From Candidatus Adlerbacteria bacterium (GTDB lineage: Bacteria; Patescibacteriota; Minisyncoccia; Phycocordibacterales; SBAW01): a stretch of DNA of 64,000 nt. The notes beneath the pieces were generated by a model. That model did no database searches, was not told where the DNA came from, and saw nothing but the letters and a program-made list of their open reading frames with translations. Below are positions 7,700 through 15,302 of the stretch, in pieces. Each line of letters begins with the position of its first letter. Positions within the stretch are counted from its first letter, which is position 1. The stretch spans positions 71,680 through 135,679 of the forward strand of contig JBAXLB010000002.1 of NCBI GenBank assembly GCA_037135035.1. Direction: 5' to 3'. Both the position numbers and the translations under genes were made by a program.

Positions 7700-10146
7700 A
7701 GGAAAAAAAGCGGCTGGTGATTTTGGATACTCACGCGATTTTGCATCGCGGGTACCATGCGTTGCCCGACTTTGTGTCTAAAAAAGGGGAGCCAACCGGT
7801 GCATTGTATGGGCTCGTGTCGATGTTGCTCAAAATTGCTACAGACTTAAAACCCGACTATGTCGTTGCAGCGTTCGACTTGCCCGGCCCCACGCATCGCC
7901 ACTTGGCGTATGAAAAATATAAAGCACAACGCAAGGAAACCGACGACGCGCTGGTGGCGCAGATTATCCGTAGTCGCGATGTGTTAGCAGCTTTTGGTAT
8001 CCCGCTCTATGAGTGCGAAGGCTTTGAAGCCGACGACGTTATAGGCACCGTTGCAGAGGAGATGAAAAAAACAAAGGTCGACTTAGTTATCGCATCAGGC
8101 GACATGGACATGTTGCAGCTTGTCGATGACGACCGTGTGCGTGTATTTACATTTAAAAAAGGCATAGCGGATACAATTTTATACAACGAAGCGGCGGTTA
8201 TAGAACGGTTTCAATTTGGGCCAGAATTAATTCCCGACTACAAAGGTTTGCGCGGCGACCCGTCGGACAACATTCCAGGTGTTAAAGGCATTGGCGAAAA
8301 AACTGCAGGCATTTTAATTTCGCAATTTGGTAGTGTCGAGAACATATATAAGACGCTAAAAAAGAATCCAGAGAAGTTAGTCGAAGCTGGGATAAAAGAC
8401 GGCATGATGGAAAAGTTGAGGGGAGGGGAGGAAGACGCGCTATTTTCCAAAGGGTTGGCGCAAATTCGCCTCGATGCGCCTATCAATTTTGTAATGCCCG
8501 AACACGAATGGCAGGAGAGTATCTCACGCGAAAAAGTACTGGCAATGTTTGCAGAGTTTGATTTCCGCTCGTTGTTGCCGCGAGTGAATAAATTATTTAA
8601 CACTGGAGGCTCCGAGCAAATTGCTCTTTCGAAAAAGTCCTCGGATCTCCTTGCTACGCACGGCCAGACTTTTTCTCAGGACAATTTGCTCTCCGTTTCT
8701 GGGCAGGCTGACATGTTTGCAGAGATGGCTCCTGTGGAAGATGTGCCAAAAGATGAATTTGCAAAAATAGCATTGGCAGTTTCTGTACTTGACCCAACAA
8801 TTACAGAGCCAACTTTAGACGACATGTATCGTGTGGGACGGGCAGAGAAATTTGCCGAGGCCGGAGCCAATATTTTGGCCGACATTCAAAAAGAGAAGCT
8901 TGAGTTTATATACGAAAAGATGGAACTGCCGCTTTCGCCTGTGTTGCGTGCAATGGAGGCGCGGGGCGTGTTGGTAGACCGTAAGTTTTTGAAGAATTTG
9001 TCGGAGAAGTATCATACAGAACTCGACGCTCTTGCAAAACGTATTTTTACAGCAGCAGGACAGGAGTTTAATATCAACTCACCTAAGCAGTTGGGCGACA
9101 TATTGTTTGACACTCTTGGGCTTGCAGTAAAAAACCAAAAAAAGACAGCCGGGGGACAGCGTTCCACACGTGAGTCGGAGCTGGAAAAGATGCGCGAACT
9201 ACACCCGATTGTTGGCGACATTTTGCAGCATCGTGAATTACAAAAACTGCTTTCAACCTACATCGACACTATTCCGCAACTGCTCGACAGTGGCGACCGC
9301 TTGCATACGTCGTATGTACAAATTGGCGCATCCACAGGGCGCATGGCGTCTAAAAACCCGAACTTGCAAAACATTCCTATCAAGACAGAACTTGGCCGGG
9401 CAATACGCCACGCGTTTGTTGCAAGCGAGGGAATGGAATTGGTGTCGTTCGATTATTCACAAATTGAACTTCGTATTGCGGCACTCCTTTCAAAAGACGA
9501 GTCGCTTATAGATATTTTTAAAAACGGTCGCGATGTCCATACAGAAGTTGCGACACGCGTGTTCCACGTGCAGCCGGAAGATGTTTCATACGAGCAACGT
9601 CGCCGTGCGAAAGTTATTAACTTCGGCATTCTCTACGGTATGGGTGTAAATGCACTGCGCGAGTCTTTGGGTACGACACGCAGCGAAGCGCAGGAATTTT
9701 ATAACCAATACTTTGAAGCATTTCCACGTTTGGCCGCCTACTTAGACGAAATAAAAGGAGACGCTGCGCGGCAGGGCTACACAGAAACTTTTTTTGGGCG
9801 CAAACGTTACGTGGAAGGCATTAAATCAAGCATTCCTTTTGTACGTGCTGCAGCGGAGCGTGCTGCGGTAAATGCGCCGTTCCAGGGCAGCGCCGCCGAC
9901 ATGCTCAAGCTTGCAATGGTCCACATAGGTGCGTGGGTTGCGAAAGAAACAGACGTACATATGCTCTTGCAAGTACACGACGAATTGGTGTTTGAAATTA
10001 AGAAAGATGCTGTACAAGGTGCCGCCGCACATATAAAGAAACTAATGGAGCAGGTGGTAGACGCGAAAGACGCGCACGGCATCCCGTTTACTGCGGAAGG
10101 TAAGGTGGGAACTAACTGGGGCGAGATGAAGGAATTAAAAATATGA
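7696..10146 (+). CDS. polA: DNA polymerase I (5'-3' exonuclease + polymerase; 3'-5' exo region reduced)
   Basis: EADDVIGT, GDPSDNIPGVKGIGEKTA, NLQNIP, DYSQIELR, RRRAKVINFGILYG, LQVHDELVFE. Confidence 0.97.
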   Translation: MKEKKRLVILDTHAILHRGYHALPDFVSKKGEPTGALYGLVSMLLKIATDLKPDYVVAAFDLPGPTHRHLAYEKYKAQRKETDDALVAQIIRSRDVLAAFGIPLYECEGFEADDVIGTVAEEMKKTKVDLVIASGDMDMLQLVDDDRVRVFTFKKGIADTILYNEAAVIERFQFGPELIPDYKGLRGDPSDNIPGVKGIGEKTAGILISQFGSVENIYKTLKKNPEKLVEAGIKDGMMEKLRGGEEDALFSKGLAQIRLDAPINFVMPEHEWQESISREKVLAMFAEFDFRSLLPRVNKLFNTGGSEQIALSKKSSDLLATHGQTFSQDNLLSVSGQADMFAEMAPVEDVPKDEFAKIALAVSVLDPTITEPTLDDMYRVGRAEKFAEAGANILADIQKEKLEFIYEKMELPLSPVLRAMEARGVLVDRKFLKNLSEKYHTELDALAKRIFTAAGQEFNINSPKQLGDILFDTLGLAVKNQKKTAGGQRSTRESELEKMRELHPIVGDILQHRELQKLLSTYIDTIPQLLDSGDRLHTSYVQIGASTGRMASKNPNLQNIPIKTELGRAIRHAFVASEGMELVSFDYSQIELRIAALLSKDESLIDIFKNGRDVHTEVATRVFHVQPEDVSYEQRRRAKVINFGILYGMGVNALRESLGTTRSEAQEFYNQYFEAFPRLAAYLDEIKGDAARQGYTETFFGRKRYVEGIKSSIPFVRAAAERAAVNAPFQGSAADMLKLAMVHIGAWVAKETDVHMLLQVHDELVFEIKKDAVQGAAAHIKKLMEQVVDAKDAHGIPFTAEGKVGTNWGEMKELKI
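8614..8691 (-). repeat. Palindromic element inserted in-frame in polA
   Basis: 10-bp IR GAGCAAATTG/CAATTTGCTC enclosing a core with 17-nt and 19-nt blocks identical to the intergenic copy at 28753-28826. Confidence 0.85.
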
Positions 10147-10733
10147 TGCGCGTTGTTGTGGGGACTAAAACTTTGTCAGGCAAAGTTCGCCCGACGTCGC
10201 AAAAAGCGACGTTTAGGGAAGAGCTGCGATGGGAAGATGTGTCTGCAGAAGAGCTTGGCACCTTGGCCTCGACTGCGTCACTCCTTGGTGACACGCAAAC
10301 ATTCGTACTAACCGGCGCGCTTAGTGGCGAGCGGGGAGATGAATTTATTTCGCTCGCAAAGGGTCTTGTCCTTTCGCCACATACATTTATTTTTGAAGAA
10401 GAGAAACTGCTTAAAAAACCAAGCGATGCACTTGCAAAAGCTGGAGTGAAAGCCGAAGTCCAAGAAAAAAAGAAAGCAGCTGAATGGAAGTTTGACCAGT
10501 TTGGAGTTGCTGCAGCGCTCGGGAATCGCGATAAAAAAAAGTTATGGCTCGGCGTTGTAAAGTCGCTCCGTGCCGGAGAAAAACCCGAAGCAATTGCCGG
10601 CCTCTTGGCGTGGAAAGCACGGAACATGAAAGATGCGGCGCTTTCGCGCGAAATTGTAACTTTGTACCACGACTCGCACCGCGGGGCGGGGGACTTGGAA
10701 CTGCTACTCGAGCAGTTCGTGCTTACGTTGTAG
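10143..10733 (+). CDS. Probable DNA polymerase III delta subunit (HolA-like, shortened)
   Basis: SLLGD-like motif, C-terminal FGVAAALGNRDKKK...LELLLEQFVL typical of delta. Overlaps the polA stop. Confidence 0.6.
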   Translation: MMRVVVGTKTLSGKVRPTSQKATFREELRWEDVSAEELGTLASTASLLGDTQTFVLTGALSGERGDEFISLAKGLVLSPHTFIFEEEKLLKKPSDALAKAGVKAEVQEKKKAAEWKFDQFGVAAALGNRDKKKLWLGVVKSLRAGEKPEAIAGLLAWKARNMKDAALSREIVTLYHDSHRGAGDLELLLEQFVLTL

Positions 10734-10743
10734 CTAAATTTGT

Positions 10744-10827
10744 GGTCACGAATAATTCTTCGCCGTCGCGCAGAATTTTCTCGACCCCGGCTCGCGGTTG
10801 TGCAATTGCACAGCAACGCTCCGCCTC
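10744..10827 (-). repeat. Structured repeat copy A (downstream of tRNA-Lys)
   Basis: Minus strand: GA-GGC-GGA-[hairpin]-GA-GCC-GGGGTCGAGAAAATTCT..GCGACGGCG..AGAATTATTCGTGACC. Confidence 0.8.
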
Positions 10828-10873
10828 GCACAGTAGTGCAAAACGCCCCGAAGGGGGCGTGTTTGCTACTCTG

Positions 10874-10946
10874 TGCGCCCACTTGGATTCGAACCAAGGA
10901 CCATCTCCTTAAAAGGGAGCCGCTCTACCAACTGAGCTATGGGCGC
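10874..10946 (-). tRNA. tRNA-Lys(TTT)
   Basis: GCGCCCA acceptor, anticodon loop CTTTTAA, T-loop TTCGAAT. Confidence 0.95.
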
Positions 10947-10998
10947 GTTGCACGCACTGTAGCATAAAGTCTCCTTATTCCTCAACCTTTTTAACCCC

Positions 10999-11027
10999 TT
11001 GACAAGTACTCCCAAATAGTATATAAT
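10999..11027 (+). promoter_or_regulatory. Consensus sigma70 promoter
   Basis: TTGACA-17 nt-TATAAT upstream of ORF 11070. Confidence 0.8.
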
Positions 11028-11069
11028 ATAAGAGAACGTACACCACATAATTTTTTCTAGGGGAAAAAG

Positions 11070-11267
11070 ATGAAAAAGGCAATCGAGCTGCTGTGCCTCA
11101 CAGCGATGAAGGGATTCATCCGCTGGTTCAACGGGCTGCCGTGGAAGGCAAAGCTCATCGTAATCTTCGTTGGAGTGGTCTTCGGGATCGTCGGGGGGAC
11201 AGCTTTTCTCTCCTTCATGGCGGTCATCGGGGTTCTGGGTTTCATACTCAGGAGGAGTCACAAGTAG
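11070..11267 (+). CDS. Small two-TM orphan membrane protein
   Basis: Own consensus promoter, hydrophobic hairpin, downstream stem-loop at 11273-11310, C-ending codon bias. Confidence 0.65.
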   Translation: MKKAIELLCLTAMKGFIRWFNGLPWKAKLIVIFVGVVFGIVGGTAFLSFMAVIGVLGFILRRSHK

Positions 11268-11399
11268 TTCACAAGGGCGGCGTTCGGTCAACAGACCAAC
11301 GCCGCCCTTCAACTTTTCTTCATTGTTACTTTTCTATACTTGTAGAGTTACAAAAAGTGTACACATAAATAAATTCTTCTATGTCGAAGATGTCATAAG

Positions 11400-11444
11400 C
11401 CGGAGAGGTCGTCTTCTATTAAGTTAGAGATGACCTCTCCGGCG
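11400..11444. terminator. Long stem-loop between convergent genes
   Basis: GCCGGAGAGGTCGTCT...AGATGACCTCTCCGGC. Confidence 0.6.
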
Positions 11445-11448
11445 TATG

Positions 11449-11913
11449 TTATTTTAGTAGCGCAAACAGCGCGATACCTGCAGCAACGGAGACATTAAGA
11501 GATTCTTTTGTGCCGCGCATGGGGATTTCTACAACTGCGTCGCACAGGGCCAGTTCGTCTTTTAAGATTCCATCAACTTCACTCCCTAACACTAAGGCAA
11601 TATTTTTCGTAGAGGGCTTGTATTCAAATAAGGGGACAGAAGCAGGGTCTTGCTCGAGGGCAACTACCGTACAGCCTGCATCTTTTACTTTTACTACAGC
11701 ATCGGCAAAACTTTCTACGTGTTCCCAAGGGACAGTCTGTTCGGCCCCAAGTGACACTTTTGCAAAGTCTTTTCGCGGTCGGCCAAAACGGTCCAGTGGT
11801 GTGGGTGTATAACCCGAGAGAATTATTTGTGTAACACCCGCAGCGTCGGCTGTGCGAAATATGGAGCCTACGTTATGAACGCTTCGGATATTATGGAGTA
11901 CAAGTGCTGTCAT
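11449..11913 (-). CDS. SpoU/TrmH family RNA methyltransferase
   Basis: NIRSVHNVGSIFRTADAAG, LGSEVDG, IPMRGTKESLNVSVAAGI. Confidence 0.92.
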   Translation of the reverse strand: MTALVLHNIRSVHNVGSIFRTADAAGVTQIILSGYTPTPLDRFGRPRKDFAKVSLGAEQTVPWEHVESFADAVVKVKDAGCTVVALEQDPASVPLFEYKPSTKNIALVLGSEVDGILKDELALCDAVVEIPMRGTKESLNVSVAAGIALFALLK

Positions 11914-11962
11914 ATAAGCAGTATACGCAAAAATGAAGTCTCGTCTCAACTTATTTTTGCTT

Positions 11963-12364
11963 CTACAACGGCAAGTCCATTGCAAACGCACCTGCGCCGC
12001 TTATCAAAAGTGACAGACAGATAGCAAACACTAAAAAATACGCACTTCGCGAAAGAGGGGAAAGTGTTTCTAAGCGCTTAGGGATAGCCGAATATTTGAG
12101 CGAAATAACTGCACCAAGGACTGCCGCATATTGAGTACCGTATCCAAAAAGTAATACGGCCGCGACAAGAGCCGTGACCGAACCTGAAAACCATATAAGT
12201 GCTGTGTGTGGTTTGCCAATAAGAAAAAATGAATTATGTGAAATTGTTGTGCGATTTTGGATAACCTTATATGCGCTGTACCCAAGCGCGCATGCAACAG
12301 CAAGGCGGAGTAGTGTGGGTATAAAAAACCCAAGGAACAATAGTTGAGGAAAAGGGTTAAGCAT
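11963..12364 (-). CDS. DoxX-like membrane protein
   Basis: Four TM segments, LLRL near N-terminus, C-terminal GAGAFAMDLPL. Confidence 0.6.
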   Translation of the reverse strand: MLNPFPQLLFLGFFIPTLLRLAVACALGYSAYKVIQNRTTISHNSFFLIGKPHTALIWFSGSVTALVAAVLLFGYGTQYAAVLGAVISLKYSAIPKRLETLSPLSRSAYFLVFAICLSLLISGAGAFAMDLPL

Positions 12365-12371
12365 GAACTTA

Positions 12372-12578
12372 CTATTGGCCGTCTACCGATGTGTTTGTAT
12401 TTGCGTCTACTGTATAGTCGGAAGGAGCTGTGTTTGTGGTATCTGAAGTATCTGCACCTGGTTGTGGGCGGTTTGGGCCGCCTTGTACCCACCACAATGC
12501 CCCGAGCACTACGAGCAGTCCCACAATAAATGTAACGGTCGAAGGAATCCCTCCTTCTGGTTTTGGTTCATCAGCCAT
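12372..12578 (-). CDS. Small single-TM protein
   Basis: One TM plus polar tail, packed in the operon. Confidence 0.65.
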   Translation of the reverse strand: MADEPKPEGGIPSTVTFIVGLLVVLGALWWVQGGPNRPQPGADTSDTTNTAPSDYTVDANTNTSVDGQ

Positions 12579-12598
12579 GCTGTGTATGATACCGCCGT

Positions 12599-13840
12599 TT
12601 AACTTTTAGCACCAAGGAGCTTGTCCAGCTCTTCTTCTGCAGCGCGTTTGTCGCTCCAGACAATCTTAGACCCCTTCGCGCCCATAATGTAGGGGTCGGT
12701 GCCTTTGCCGGTAATTGCTACTACCGAACCTTTTTTAGCACGGCGCAAGGCTTTAGCAATAGCTTCGCGGCGGTCAAGAATAATTTCTGGTATATGTGTG
12801 GTAAAACCGCCAGCAATGTCCACAATTATTTTTGTAGGATTTTCGTCGTAGGGGTCTTCGTTAGTTAAAAAGATATGTGAACATAACTCGTCGGCAATTG
12901 TCCCCATAAGCGGCCGCTTCCACTGGTCGCGGCCGCCGCCTGTCGAGCCCATGACACAAATTAAATCTTTTCCTGTATATGTTTCAAACAATGCCCGGAG
13001 TGAGTCCGGCGTGTGGGCGTAGTCGACAATGACAGAGAAGTCTTGGCCGCGTTCAACCGGTTCTGCGCGTCCGGCAACCGGGGGAATATGTTCGAGCGTT
13101 TTGCGCATTATTTCATGGCGGACACCTATGGCGTCGCCTAGGGTGATAGCCGCTAAAATATTTTTGAGGCTAAATAGCCCTGGTAGTGGCACGCTAAACA
13201 ACTGACCTTTTTTAAACATAAACCGTACACTCGTGTCGTCGGCGGTGTAGGGCTCGGCATCGCGAAGCGAAAACGGCGCGCGCACTTCTACCGCGGCTGC
13301 TAAAAATTGCTTACCGTACGCGTCGTCCACGTTGGCTACAATGTAGCGCGGGCGTTTAGGAGACTCTTCCAAGTGCTTCGCAAGCGAGAGTTTTGCCGCT
13401 GCATATGCTTCCAAACTTCCGTGTGATTCAATATGTTCGGGGGCAAGGTTGGTAAAGACAAGTGCATCGAGTTCAATTCCTTTGTGGCGGAACTGTTTTG
13501 CGCCTTCGGACGTCATCTCTATAACCGCGTGTGTGCAGCCGGCGTCGACTGCCTTACGCAAAAACTTTTGCAAGTACGCGCGGCCTGGCATGGTCATCTT
13601 AAACAAGTTCGGTTCACTTTCAGTACCGATTTTAAATTGGATGGTTGATGCAAGCGCGACTTTATGCCCGGCCCCGGCTAGTACCGTGCGGATAAGTTCG
13701 GACGTGGTTGACTTGCCTTTGGTACCTGTCACACCTACAACAAAAAGTTTTTTAGATGGGAAGCGATACAGAAATGCGCCACCGTATGCAAACAAAAGGT
13801 GGTAGAGGTCGAGTACTTTTTTTGGGATAAATTTACGCAT
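12599..13840 (-). CDS. murE: Mur ligase, MurE family
   Basis: GVTGTKGKST, FTNLAPEH, VDYAHTPDS, GGRD, NEDPYDE, GKG. Confidence 0.88.
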   Translation of the reverse strand: MRKFIPKKVLDLYHLLFAYGGAFLYRFPSKKLFVVGVTGTKGKSTTSELIRTVLAGAGHKVALASTIQFKIGTESEPNLFKMTMPGRAYLQKFLRKAVDAGCTHAVIEMTSEGAKQFRHKGIELDALVFTNLAPEHIESHGSLEAYAAAKLSLAKHLEESPKRPRYIVANVDDAYGKQFLAAAVEVRAPFSLRDAEPYTADDTSVRFMFKKGQLFSVPLPGLFSLKNILAAITLGDAIGVRHEIMRKTLEHIPPVAGRAEPVERGQDFSVIVDYAHTPDSLRALFETYTGKDLICVMGSTGGGRDQWKRPLMGTIADELCSHIFLTNEDPYDENPTKIIVDIAGGFTTHIPEIILDRREAIAKALRRAKKGSVVAITGKGTDPYIMGAKGSKIVWSDKRAAEEELDKLLGAKS

Positions 13841-13849
13841 AGGTTTTTA

Positions 13850-14449
13850 TTACAGTGCTTTTGCAGAAGTCCCGAGATATTTAAGTGCTGCGGCAAGCCG
13901 CCCACTTGTGCCTGTGATGTCTTCGGGAATTTCTTTGAGTATCTTGCGGCTTTCGTCGGCGCGGTAGCCAAGTGCCATGAGCGCTTCAATGACCTCGCCG
14001 TCGCCACCGCCTGCATGCGCAGGTAGGCCGCGGAGTGTTGCTTCGGCGGTGAGTTTGTCGCGAAGTTCTACAACTAAACGCTCGGCACTTTTTTTGCCGA
14101 TACCAAATACTTTATGCAATTCACCTGCGTCGCCCGCGGCAATAGCGCGCTTCAAAGACGCAACGTCGGCGACATTTAAAATACCCAGTGCTGTTTTAGG
14201 TCCCACTCCCGATACGCTCATGAGTTGTTTAAAAAACCCGAGCTCTTCTTCGGTGGGGAAGCCGTAGAGGTCGAGTGCATCCTCGCGCACTGTTGTGTGT
14301 ATAAAAAGCGACACCACCGAGCCGCTATTTTTAAGGACGTCGAGCGACAAAAGAGGGGTGCGGACACAGTAACCAACGCCGCCAACTTCAACAAGTACCA
14401 TGCCGTCTGTGCCATTTCCGCTCAAGGTACCTGTCAGCTTGCCTATCAT
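13850..14449 (-). CDS. ruvA: Holliday junction DNA-binding protein RuvA
   Basis: VGGVGY, VREDALDLYGF, VSGVGPKTAL, GIGKKSAERLVVELRDK, ALMALGY. Confidence 0.96.
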   Translation of the reverse strand: MIGKLTGTLSGNGTDGMVLVEVGGVGYCVRTPLLSLDVLKNSGSVVSLFIHTTVREDALDLYGFPTEEELGFFKQLMSVSGVGPKTALGILNVADVASLKRAIAAGDAGELHKVFGIGKKSAERLVVELRDKLTAEATLRGLPAHAGGGDGEVIEALMALGYRADESRKILKEIPEDITGTSGRLAAALKYLGTSAKAL

Positions 14450-14535
14450 CCTTCTATCATACTCTAGCGGACCGCTGCGAGCGAAATTGGGGTGGGGGCT
14501 TGTGTTTTTGGCAGTTATTGCGTACTGTAGTGTTC

Positions 14536-14784
14536 ATGGCAATCACCAAAGGAGCTAAAAAGGCACACCGCCAGTCGTTGCGTAAAAACGCAATGAACCA
14601 GACCCGCAAAACTGCTATGCGCACGGCTATGAAGAATGTCCGTGGGGCAGAAAAAGGCGATACTAAAACAATTGCTGCTGCCTACCAGGCAATAGACAAA
14701 GCCCTCAAGCGCGGCATCATCAAGAAAAATACTGCCGCCCGCCGCAAGGCCAAGGTCGCAAAGACTCTCTCCACAAAAAAGTAG
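14536..14784 (+). CDS. rpsT: 30S ribosomal protein S20
   Basis: MAITKGAKKAHRQS...IDKALKRGIIKKNTAARRKAK. Confidence 0.95.
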   Translation: MAITKGAKKAHRQSLRKNAMNQTRKTAMRTAMKNVRGAEKGDTKTIAAAYQAIDKALKRGIIKKNTAARRKAKVAKTLSTKK

Positions 14785-14796
14785 TTTTTAAAAAAG

Positions 14797-14826
14797 AAAA
14801 GGCCGTCCCGAAAGGGGCGGCTTTTG
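14797..14826. terminator. Bidirectional terminator (25 nt identical to 43232-43256)
   Basis: AAAAGGCCGTCCC-GAAA-GGGGCGGCTTTTG. Confidence 0.85.
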
Positions 14827-14830
14827 ATTA

Positions 14831-15223
14831 TCAAACTCTCCATATTCTCCGCTCAAGGTCCAGGAAGAGGCGTGAGGTGGCAATTGCCGACGGAAGGGGA
14901 ATAATCTTTCCCCCAATAACATCTTCGGGGTACACGCCTGTCGCATCCTTGAACTTCTCGCGCAGGTAGTCGGGCAGGTGCGAAAAAAATTCGATGTTCA
15001 TGCCGACGATGTCTTCTTGTTTGTCCTCGCCGACCAAAATATCAAGATACAGATCTTTTGAAGGCATCACCTTTGCGCAACAATCACGCGTAAGGTATGT
15101 GAAGTGATCACTGGCCTCCCAATATATACAACAAGGCCGGAAGGGTTTGAGTTCTGCATCTTTCAAATCCTCTATGGTCATGCCCTGTGGCAAGAATGGT
15201 ACGATAGAAACTTTGCCGCTCAT
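14831..15223 (-). CDS. Orphan hypothetical protein
   Basis: AAGGAG SD before MSGKVSI. Convergent on the rpsT terminator. Confidence 0.65.
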   Translation of the reverse strand: MSGKVSIVPFLPQGMTIEDLKDAELKPFRPCCIYWEASDHFTYLTRDCCAKVMPSKDLYLDILVGEDKQEDIVGMNIEFFSHLPDYLREKFKDATGVYPEDVIGGKIIPLPSAIATSRLFLDLERRIWRV

Positions 15224-15302
15224 CAGATACTCCTTCGGTTGAACTTGAGGGGTGCTTCTAAAGTCCAACTATACCACGCTGTTTTCTTGCTATACTCTGT
15301 GC

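Noticed and set aside
10112-10967. Long ORFs overlapping holA, repeat A and tRNA-Lys
   Set aside because: Antisense or shadow frames explained by the GC-rich repeat and the tRNA.
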